A DNA stretch of 64,000 nt. Source: Phallusia mammillata (lineage: Eukaryota). A program made the translations under genes and the position numbers. Positions 13,801 to 25,800 of the stretch are shown here, piece after piece. Within the stretch, counting starts at the first letter, position 1, and every line of letters starts with the position of its first letter. The DNA is taken from positions 8,432,001 through 8,496,000 of the forward strand of contig OZ281501.1 of NCBI GenBank assembly GCA_965637545.1, written 5' to 3'. The notes below the pieces were generated by a model. The model worked only from the letters and a program-made list of their open reading frames with translations, did not search any database and was not told the DNA's origin.

Positions 13801-16800
13801 AACAGATAAAAATTGTTCACCACAAAAACTTATCTGAGCATGAGATATCACAACGAACGTTTACTAACATTTAGCAGTCGTTAAAAGCTCGTTAGACAAT
13901 ATTGCTTGTTGAACGCACCTGTCCCTCTTCACAAATGCCACCAAACTGCTAAACGTGATTGCAAACGCGAACCAAGTACGACTTTGTCACGACATCTATT
14001 CAAACGTGCTACACACGGGGCGCAAACTGAAGACCAAAAACTTCTTTTTAGATCGTTTCATAAACCTTCTGACAATTTTACCGAACGTACATAGTTTGCG
14101 AATCTAATGTATCCTAATTGCTACACGTTCCCCCGTCTAATCTAGTCAGTACACAATAAAGTCTTGCCAAAATTCGTTCTGTAGCGAACTGCAGCGGTCG
14201 TCTGGACACTCCTAGAACCTACAGACAACAAACAAACCAAAACAGTGGAAGACGGCGTCAGTAGGCAATCAGCAAAACGTCAAGCTTGTTAACTTGCTGC
14301 AATAAAACTGGTGGCAGCGGATGCAGGGCTTCGACACAGAAAAAAGGAGATAATCTGGCGTCTTTTTTGCGCCGAGTTATCTGCTAGTTACAACATGTCG
14401 GAAAACAGCGTGACCTTTTAAGGAGATCGCCACTTGACGTTAATGACACCGGAGCGCGAATTAAACCAACATTGTGCGGTGGTGGTGGCAGGTTGGGGAA
14501 GAGCAAGGGGGCAACAAGGCTTGACGTCAAACTTTTGGCCTTTTCACCTGCATTTGGGCTCACAGTATCGTGACGGCGCACCTTATAAACGCCGAAGTTG
14601 CGCCCTAAACAGCCGAACCCAGTAATCCGAGGCTGATGGTATAGGTGGGTATTTATGATCGGTGAGCGCGGGATACCTCAGGTTCATTTGAGACCTAAAT
14701 ATAGACAACTGAACGCGTGAATATTTGAAAGTTTTTTGGCCTTATTTCAGGTATAAACGATTTGTTTTTCGGCCTTCCAATGCTTAACCATGTTGAGTAT
14801 CAAAAACAAAACTGCCAGAGAACTTCTATATCTAGTTTTTTTGTGCACGTGTCATTATTATCACTTCACATGACCAACAAATGGTATTCACTATATACGT
14901 AAGCTTTACAACAATTTTAGTTCCAATCAATCCTCCCGCGTTCTAAAGAGAAAAGCTATCACGCATAAAGAAAAAGCAACTTAACAAACACAACGCTATG
15001 GCTTTCATAGTTCTAAAACACAGTGCCCATCGAATTGCTGACAGTATAACATTCTGCATCTCGACTATATCTTTCTATCAGTGAGGGTTCAACAGACAGG
15101 ATGTTTGTTACAACGGAATTAGGCGATCGACAGCGGTTTTAACCTCGCAGCAGCCTCTCTTGGCAACCCAGATGTTCAAACGTTCAATTTTGACAATTTT
15201 ATTCACCGTATAATCGCGAAGCGCCCCACGCCACAAACATAGACAAGACCTAAAGCGTGTAATTACCCTTCGCACGAATGTTGTTATCACGCAACATGTT
15301 TCTCTATACCTTTGACATATATCAACGGAAAACTAAAGGTCAACTCAGCTCACTTGAAAACCTTAACACAGATTTTTGAGAACCCAAAACAGCATTCATA
15401 GTACAGCATTCATATCTACACTGTATTCTGTATACTTTTTTTCATGCCATATAATGGTCTTCTGTTTGAAATCTCTCAGCTGCTACTAAATTCGTCCAAC
15501 GGCTATTCAATTGTAACGGAACACAGAGTTTTGCCTGCTTGGTCTTTTACGATTATGACCAGTACAAAGGGCGCCATAACCACGTGTTTTCGACGTTTGC
15601 TAATCCGCAATGCAAGTGTGGCGTCAGCAGTGGTTTTACAGCCCTCGTTTGTAACATGTCATTACGGGACAAGAGCGATTAGTAAGACTTCGCTACCCTG
15701 GTAACTTGCGACCACATCAATGCACTACTATGCAAATAACTCTACACTGCTTGTAGGATGCTGAACCCTGCATTTACGTCACAATTCAAACCGCAGTTGG
15801 GCATATTCCCTGGTGAATTAGGCCGCAACGTTTTTTTTCATTCTTGAGTAACTTAAAAGGTCAAAACCATCTACAGGGCGTAGCTGCAACTATTATACGC
15901 CTTTTGTTATAATAACGTATTTTAAAATCGACTTAAAATGTACCATTGTTTGCCAATATACACAAATACTATAGTGCACTAAAAATCTTACTTTCTTAAC
16001 ACCGTAGTACAATGCTTCTGCAGTTTTTTACCTAGTTTTCTGTACTTTGACATTAATGTCCAAATGAACCCATTTGAAATGGATTATATATACCGCGAAA
16101 CAAGAATGGCAATTCAGAGATAATGGACCACGCGTTTATAATTAACACCTACTGATGATCGACTTCCTATGAAACTAAATGGTTCGAAATGATGTGCACA
16201 TAAATAGCATGCATACAACTTTATCGTAAAGCGTTTCCAGAATTTGCATTGTCATTGTAGTTACTTTAGATTGATTGATGCATATATTTTAAAACCACGT
16301 TTTTCTTAATCTCATTATAATGACATTTTTATTAAATATTTAGAATGAATGGACTGGCAATTCTTAATATACTTTTTGCAAATATTAACCTACACGATGT
16401 GCTACTCATATTTGACGGTCTTAGGTTCGGAGCTTAACTGTAAAACTTTTAAAATTTGGGAGCAAATATTATGACCTTTCAGGGCGCCAAAGCCCGTCGT
16501 TAAATATTAGCCACAAACTCGTGAACAATAGAGTAATATTTTTCAAAATTTTTACTAACCCCACAAAAGTTAATAGCAAGCTGAAACTTTCTTAACAACT
16601 ATTAAGCTTAAATACACGTATTTTTTAGAAAAATACCGTTCTTGAGAAGCTGTGCTATGTAACTTGAATAATAACTGAACATACTTTTGCTTGGAGTTGA
16701 CGGAAACGCTATGGCCGCATTTTTATGTTCAGAGCTTAAAGCATGCCGCCTCCCAGGATGGAAAAACATAAAGCTAGCTGCGAACACTCACACCCTGTCA

Positions 16801-19800
16801 GTGTGTGGCGCCTGACATAAGACCACTTGACGCCATTCGCTTTTTGCTGAGTCTCATCTGGGTAACGTCAAACCAAATGACTTCTCGTCTCGTCCGGATC
16901 TTGTTAACACAGACGACATTCTTTAGCAAACACAAAATGTCCTGCATAATTCCACAACCTACATAATACACATATCCTAACCGGTTTCTGTGTTCAGGAT
17001 GCGTGGGAGAGGTTTTGCTAATTTCCCACACCTCCGTGTCTAAATCATTGTGAGTGGGCCTTTTGGCGTTAAGATATGCAATGTTCGAAGTTGACGTCAA
17101 CTTCGTAATGCAATCCACTGACTATTGAACGAACAATGCACAGTGTTTACGTCACAAATAGTTCGCCACCGAACTTTGCTTGTCGTGAAAACGAGATTAC
17201 CAGGAAATCAATCGGTTTAATTTTTCGCGAAATGCTAGCGTACAATAACAATATAAAATCTCCCGATACTGTACTTTATAAGCTGACGATATATTGGAGA
17301 ATTGCGAAGATATTTTTTTTACTTCATACAGTTTAAACAAAGAAAATATGTAAATGCAAACATTTGTTTGAACTTTGCCCCCAAATGTGGCACTAAATCA
17401 AGTGTTTGATATTCTTAACGGCACTGACGGAGCTCACGTAGCGTATTGTTACGTCATAATTCTTTGGCAGATGTGCGGCGTTTATTCTCAAGATCAGCGG
17501 AAGTTTACAAAACAATGCCCCCCGGGAAACGAAGAGCGCGTTGTGCGCACGGGAAAATTGCTGGATTAGATTGAATCACCAAATTACTGTAGGGCGTAAT
17601 GCAATACTTGTGTGATTTTGTGGCGATATTGGGCGTTTACTTAACGTGCCACCTTTTCTTGCAATAAGAAACGCTCTTTTGCTCACGATTTTTTATAGTG
17701 AGCATTGGTCCCAGCCTTGTGCAAATTAGTTCTCACGATAAAAAAATTTCAGAACCGAAGGTTCAAGCATCAAATTTTTAAAAATTAACAAATTAAACAT
17801 TACAAGCCGGCCTAAATCTACTTTACAGGTAATCACCGCGCATAAACGGATGTGCGATAAAAAATCCGTGATAAGAACACAACAGACTGAGCACTGTTCA
17901 ATTCTCGCCACGACCGCAATTGAGGTATGACGTAATCAAACATTACGTCATTAGTAAACATCAGGCTAATGAGGCGTATGTAGCTTATCACGTAGTACAC
18001 TAATTCTTATTCCTGGTTTAAACGAGATCATTAACTAATGTACAAAGGTAACATTCAAATAGAACTGAAACATGACCAACCAGACCCATAAAAATAGCCT
18101 GGCAACTAGCAAACATAATTAAACACCAAGACGTGATAACTTTTGCAGTGTGCATCTATATAAAAGCGTACAATCTAGTAGCTACATGTTATGACTTCAT
18201 GGATAAAAAAAACTTAGGTGCCAACACCTGTAAAAAGGCGTAAGTAAACATGCTTGGCCCACGCATATCCAGAACTGCGTACTGCTCTACCTGTACGAGT
18301 AAGAACTGAATGCAAACGCCCGCCCTGTACCAACTTGCCCACATAACCAATACCGTACGTGCGTGGCTCGATGCTAAGTAATAACGGCACTCAAGTTATG
18401 AAGAAGTGATGTAATGTGTGTTTGGGCTTGAACCGACATTTCTCCAATACCTCTTGCTGAATGGCGGAGTTATTTCGGGGAATTCGTTAAACTTGATGTA
18501 ATGCGGTTGATGCGGTACTACCCAACTAAATACACATCGCCAATAAACGACACGTTTCTCATCAGCCTTGTCCACAAAGCACTTTGTGAATTGCGTACTT
18601 CAACGGTGCAGAAAAGCAAAGGAATTTTCACTACAAACGTCACAAAGTCTTAACGGTTTTGTTTGGAAAAATATGCGTTGCTCCTAAATGACCTTAGCTC
18701 CGAATTCGAAACAGTTTAACAATACATTGTAACTACGAAAGCATCCCTTAACGAGGTACTTGTGTTCGGCTTATGACGGACGGGGCCTAGGAAGCCTGGG
18801 GTGAGCTATGATGAAAAGCAGCGTGACGTTCCAGCGGAAAGCAAAGGATGTTGCGGACAGCCTGGCAGTCAGTTGGCCGTAAAACCAATTTTACGGTGCG
18901 AAGAGTTTCATTCACTCGTGACCGACTGATGGGACAGTTGAAAGCCGTTGAATTATTGTTCCGCAATGGACGAAGGGAAACAAAAATGATACAACAATAG
19001 CACCCATTAGCTCAAATCAGTATCCCCACATACCACGAAAAATCGCAAAATGCATCGTATATCTTGCAAAATCGCTTATTTTGACTACCTTATTACAACC
19101 ATGACACGTATTTGTAAGGAATACTACTTAGTACATTTGCGTGGTGCGGTTTTTCGAGTGCTGACATGTGGGAAGCAATTGCGGCATTTGACATGGTCAA
19201 TTACAGATACGAGTCGACGGCTGGACAGCGCAAAACTACCTGTGTTCATTTCCGTAAACACTTGAAAGCGGCATCTGTTCGGCACAAGTAATTGTAATGC
19301 TCAAATATGGACAAACACTGTGGGATTACAACCACACTGGAATTCAAATCCAATAAATGCGGGTAAACGTACATGTCCAAACGGTCTCAACGCAATCGTA
19401 CTGCATTTAATTAAGGCAGCGGTTTTTAAAATTGCCATAGGACTCGTAAAGTCGCATTTAAACGTTGTGTTTGAAGAAAGAGCAAAACGTATCTAAAATC
19501 GACGTCTTTATAGTTTTACCGAATTGTTTTTTAAAAAAACGGTGCTTTGATGAACTGCCGCGCGTTCGACGCAAGCGCAAGACAAACATCGAATTTTGGA
19601 TAAGAAAGGTTGCGTTGCGTGACAAGTTAGGTTTATGTTTGGGATTAGGGCGAAGCGACAGCCGGTTGCGTGTGCTTGGCTACCGGATCACTTGTTTACT
19701 TTTCTATTTAGGTGCCCAAGGCAGCCATGAATAAACGCCAAAGGTATTCAGCCAGCCTCGTACCTCGTCAAAACCTGTCCATTTAACGCAGCGAAATCTA

Positions 19801-22800
19801 TTTTTGTAAATAAGTCATTTACGTCAAACAGTTCAAACAACTCTTTGAACACAACATTTCGAAACGGTAAACAAACAACACAATATTTTAACCCTTCAGG
19901 CTTTCCTTCTCATGACACTGCCCAACTGAAAGTCCGTTCAATCTCCGTAACTCAGCCAGAAACCAGACTGTATTTCTACACAAGGATTCGCACAACTGAT
20001 CCTGCTGTAAGCCAAGCACTACTACATCAAATAGAGCTGAACTGGTCGATATCAGGCAAGGTGCTTCACTCGTTCCAACTCCAGCAAGGATTTTCTGTTT
20101 ACCGAGAAAACATTGGGCCACTCGATCCGGCATTTCTCTGCCTCCTTCTCTCTTTTTGCTGCTTCCCTTCTTCCGTTGACTTTTCAAGCTCATACGCTTC
20201 GTTCCGCATGGGTGGTCATATCCACTGAAGCGTGCAGCAAGATGATCATCGTTTAGCATCGGAAATAGGTTTGAACAAAACATTTGCGTATCACTGTATT
20301 ATAAGACATAAACCAGTCCAGACATTAGGACTCTACGGAAATGGTTGCGGTGGGCTAGAATAGAAATGTACCAAGTATTTTCTCGTATCTTCAGACGACA
20401 CTACAATTGATATGTCATGTGTTGTTTACTTGAGCGTAGACCCGCGGGCGCATACCAAGATAAGCTGGGAGAAAATCGGCCCGTTTTTAAGGAAAGTGTG
20501 ATGGTCGGAGATAAACGAAGTCTTCACTCAATGCCATTCTCGCGTGAAATGATGAATATATGAGTGGATATGACAGCTTTAGCATGGGGAACTTACGAGG
20601 ATGCGCCATGCTCATATATGGTATGGTGTAGGTGTACAGTAAAACGGCACGTTTTTTCCTTCCGTTTAGTTTTTTCGTAGGACAACCAGGAACAATAAAA
20701 CAATATGTTGAAAAAACTTTTCGCACGTAGTTCTGAGAACTGAAGCGAAGTATGACAGAATTTTTTACTTCCAAGTTATACTTTACTACATAACTGATAA
20801 TACTGATGTTATAGTTTAATACGATAAGCTTTAAATTAATATCAGACGATTGTACGCGCAATGTGCTTGAGTTAACCGGATCAAAAACCCGGCGTGATCA
20901 GGCAAGAGCGTTTTAAAGTTGAAGCGTTCCTTCCCAGTTTCACACAGTAGCCCAACCTCAATATGCCTGAACTTTCATCAATATCGCAAACTGTTTGCTA
21001 TCCCAACATATAGATCTTTCTCTGAAGTTTGTTGGTTTTTCGATACCGACCAATGGTTCGGTCGGCAGCTTTGAAGATTTCAGAGCAAACGTTGTATTTT
21101 TATCCTTGTGTTTGAAGTGGTCATTGCGTTTTGGTTAGAAGAATTTTGTGTCATCAGCAAATCGAACGAAAAAATGTTAAGTTATGGTTTACTACTGGCA
21201 TAATAATAAAATTTGTTGGTGGTTAAGAAACCTTAATGTACATCTGGAAATTTGGGGTTTGATCATGTCTGCGGTGATCTATATGCTTGTGTACGAATTT
21301 CCCCTCATTTCAGTCGCCAAATGGCGAATGATGTACCTGATGTTTATCCAGCATTAGGCGGAAAAACGATTATATCAGGAAGTCGAGTTTGATAAACAAA
21401 ACTCCTGTTGTAAGATTTCTATCAACTCCGCGTGCCCTGAACATAGCATACCACAACCGTCTAATTGACATTGGAACTCATTAACTTTTAGATCAACTCC
21501 AAAGGTCAAATGGAGATAAGGAAGCGGTTTAAATCACATATGACAAAAAATAACTGCGAAGCGAAATTGCTTTAGCACCAAAAGCGTTTGCAGCACATTC
21601 TTATCACTTAGCCTTTTTAGAGTGTAAACAGAACGAAGCACAGTGTAGGATGACATCGGAGTCTAACTTGGAAATTCATGTCAGAAAACAACACGCTAAA
21701 TTAACGTAATGGAGAGAAGTAGAGAAAAGTTTGAGATCATGTCGTTTTAGAAGTATTTACACTGTGTACATTGTGGAAGGACCAATGTTTGCGCTGACCA
21801 CAATGTTTTGCCACTTTGACGTGGCTGTGACGTAATTACGCAATAGCAACAGCTACCAAAAATATTTGCGTTTTGTTTTCCGACTTCAAGTTACACTGGA
21901 GTAAAAGGTTTTTCGTGTGTGACCTTTCTCCAGCTTTGATGAAAAGCCTTACTCATGACATTTTAACATTTTAAACATCCTTCCCATGATATATCTCACA
22001 ATATATCACAATTTCACATGACGTTGAATTGACATAAATGAACTATTACCTTGGTCCTGATGCTGTTCGCTTGTAGTAGGAACCTCGTCAAATGCTGGTT
22101 CGGGATGTTCTTTGGGCTTAAGTCCAAGCGCAGCTAAAGGTGTCTTTGCCAATCCAGCAGGGACGTGGGCTGCAAGAAACATGTAAAAGTTTTATTAATT
22201 GGTTATATCTTACGGTGGTTTTCTACAGTTCATTCATATGCAGCAAAATCAACTTTAAATCAAAGCAAAAGATGTTCAGCCAATCACAGTTTACAAAGTA
22301 GAAACCATGGTAACAGTACACATGTTATATGTAATACCGTTGTTACGCATGTTTTGTTTGAACTATCTGTTAAAATACCCCATTGCACCCACTTTGATGT
22401 GTATGTTACCTTGTCCAGGGCTGGTGTTTACGTAAGGTGTGGCAGGAGTGCCGGGAACATTCGGGAAACCCGGAGTAGCGGGAGGAGCATCTACGATGTC
22501 AACGTTGGGCGATAGATGGGGCTCAAGATCTTCTTTGTAACTATGTATGTTCTGCAACAAATGTTAACATCATTTACCATCAACCATTAATTTCAAGGTA
22601 CAGTAAACCGCGATTAATCCAGACCCGTTTGGGCCAAACAATTTGTCCGGAATAAGCAAAGATCCAAGTTAACCGATGTCGATTAGTTCAAGTCTTACCC
22701 CATTAAAAATCATTATTTGTACCTAGAATTTTTTTTATCCGAATCCGGTTTAACCGAGGTTTACTGAATAACCAAGTTGGCGTTTTACGTACTGGGTAAC

Positions 22801-25800
22801 ATTAACTGCAAGTTTTGACTCCATTTTTGATGACGCCACTCACCTCAACAGGGCGCCCGCCGGGATTGATGGACATTGCGAGGAAGAGTTCGGGCGAGAG
22901 TTGTTCCTCTATTGCAGCGGAGGAGGATTTCTTTTGCGATGGGGGTGGTGTGGACATTGGTCGTGCAATAATTTGTTGCTGGGCTGGACGGGTGAGCGAT
23001 GATTTAGGAGGGTAGGAAGGCTGGGGAGCTCTGTAGCAAAAAACGCAAATACATAAAGAATATTTTTTATGAAATAACAATACCACAAAACAATACCATT
23101 AAAACAAGGAAATTGAAAGTGTACATAAACAACTGCATATCTTATTTTATTGTTTAAATAAACAAAAACAGAAAAAAAAAAAAACTTTTTATGGTGCAGC
23201 TAAAATTTGATTGCTCGGTAACAATACTTACACTGGAGTAGGAGATTCAAATACGTCATCTTCCTTTCCAGTAGGCAATTGAGCTTCTGAAATAAAATAT
23301 GTATTATATTACAATCTTAAGTTTCATATCCCAATGTTTTATTAAAATCATAAAGGAGTAAAAACAGTAGCATATAACTCTTGTTTTTGTTTCTCCTAAA
23401 TAGATTGTAAAAACAAAACATGTTTTATATCATGCTTTACGGATTGATTTTTAAATTGCACCCCGAAACTGGTATTGGTTTCAACAAATCAAGTCGAAAT
23501 CAATTTAGGAAATCAAAAAAAAGGAAACTGATTGTAAACTTCATGCGGAAAATTCTGACGACCAGCACGCGTTGTTTGATCAACATTGTCTAAAAAATTG
23601 CAATGTTTGCGTTGAAAGCGAAACAAAGATCTGAAATTTGCTCGAAACGTTGCCACAGCAAAATCAGTAAATCGCATTCCTACCATTCCAACTAAAACGA
23701 CGTTCGTTGGACCACGAATCGCGTTTGAAGTCCACTCGTTGTTGGTTTAGATCGCCGTACATCGTAAAGGTCCTTGGCGTCTCGCTTATTCCATTACCTG
23801 GCCGGAAATGGCGGGCAGGTAAGGCAGACTGGGTGCCGTAAAAACCAGCGACTTGTTGCTTCCTCAGGGCTGAAATTTGCTCGGCAGGATCGTCAAAACG
23901 TACGTAATTGCTGTTTAGCGACACCGTGTGCCTGCGTGAAGCTGGTTTTCGCTGTTTGAAAGCGTTTTGTTTTTGTGCCGGTTCCTTCACAGCTGGAAGT
24001 CGACCTTTACGGAATGATTTTGACTTTTTCGGAAGTTTTGTGTAGAATTGCGGTGCAAAGGGAGATACAAGATCTTCGTTTGAGTCCACTCGCTTTACCC
24101 AAATGTCCTCAAGTTTCCCCGAGTCTAATGACTCCGAGTCCGCACTACTCGGATGCGAGTACGAGCCAGTCGAGTTGCGAGCGTTTATGACGGGAGTTAA
24201 GGCTTCCATCTCGGCAAGAACTCGCTCAAGTTCAGAGAAACAATCAACGTCATCCTCTCTCATGACGATTATGCAAGTTTTTTTCCGCACAGATTTTTTT
24301 ACAAAAAACAAAATATATACGACTAAAAGTGAAACAAATAAAAGACCAATTAAACCGTGGAAAGTGCTCAATCCACAGTAAACATGTTGTTTCATCCTAC
24401 ACAGGGAATCCCTGTTTTTAGTCACCACAACCACTCGTTTAGACCGTTTGAATCTTTAATCTGTCTCTGTAACAGATACGTTAAAAATGACTTTTTACAA
24501 AGTATAACGAATCTCTTTTCAAATCTTCCTTTTTTGCTGAATAATTTAAAGTTGTAAAGAACGAACAAAATTTCAAAAACACACCTGGGCATATGCTATC
24601 TGGATCTAACTTTCACCTGACGGAAGCGATCTGACAAAAAACTGAAAATTGACTAAAACCAAACCACTCTGATAAAATTCCGCGAAGATATTCCCTGCTC
24701 GATAAAATCTTTTCCCGCATTCCATGATCTTTAAGTGTATGGGCAACATCATCGTAGGATTGTCGCCGACATTTCCACTCATTGTGTCCCAAGCAATACA
24801 AATGCCTGACAAGAATGCGTTAAGCGAACATCTTTAATAGCGGCGAATTCAATATCGGGGCCGTGGATTTACTATAGCTTTGACAAACCTTTCCCTTGAT
24901 CCATAAAACGGAGGCAAACCCATAAAAGCGAGATATATACAGAGGACAGTGGCCTTATCTAAAAAGGTAGCAGCTGAAATGACAGAAACAGTTCGATGTT
25001 GTCAAGACTACACCGATCACAACAGATTTGTTTCTATGTCTTGTCTATTACGAATGTACGTAATTCTACCGCCACATTTATTCCAAATATTTGAACGCAA
25101 AACCACTGTATACATGCGCACATAATAAAATGACTTGACGTCATAAAAACGTAGGTAGTGACCTGAAAACGTTTTGCGAATCAAAAATCGTTTAGACTCT
25201 CTATAGTTAATTAAATATGGGCGAATGGCACAATTCTTAAGCATTTTGGATTCTAACATAAATGCATAAAACATAAGGCGTTTTAAAGAGAAGGGTTTAA
25301 AAACAAACCAAATTAATGGTTTAAAGCAGTGGTTCTCAAACTCGATTTTTGGGGCCGCATGCGGCTCCCAACTACTTATTCTGCGGCTCCCACCAGACCT
25401 CAGAAAACCACCAAACATTGCTATTTTAGCTTTCAAAGTAATAATCTTCAGTGATTTTCTCAAGGTTTCGTTTTTTTGCGGCTCCCTACACACTTAAAAA
25501 AATACCATTTGGCCCCGACAATAAAAAAGTTTGAGAACCACTGGTTTAAAGTGTCGATACGCTAAATCATATCACACACTAACAAAAGAGTTATAATCAA
25601 ATTAAATGCGCTCTTTGCGTCATAAATAACATTAGTCCGACAAGGTTGGCCAAATTTTCCTTTCTACTCATCTTCTTCGTAGAAAACCCTAACAAGCATA
25701 TCACCTAAATGTCACCTAGTTTTGGGATACTTTTAAAAATATACTCCAATCTAGTTGCAGCAGATCGGAATTCGCTGAATAACGACCTATATTAACCTCA

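Noticed and set aside
18050-18065. 12-nt match (TTCTATTTGAAT on -) to the ascidian spliced leader as I recall it
   Set aside because: Incomplete; no following donor or Sm site; expected by chance in AT-rich DNA
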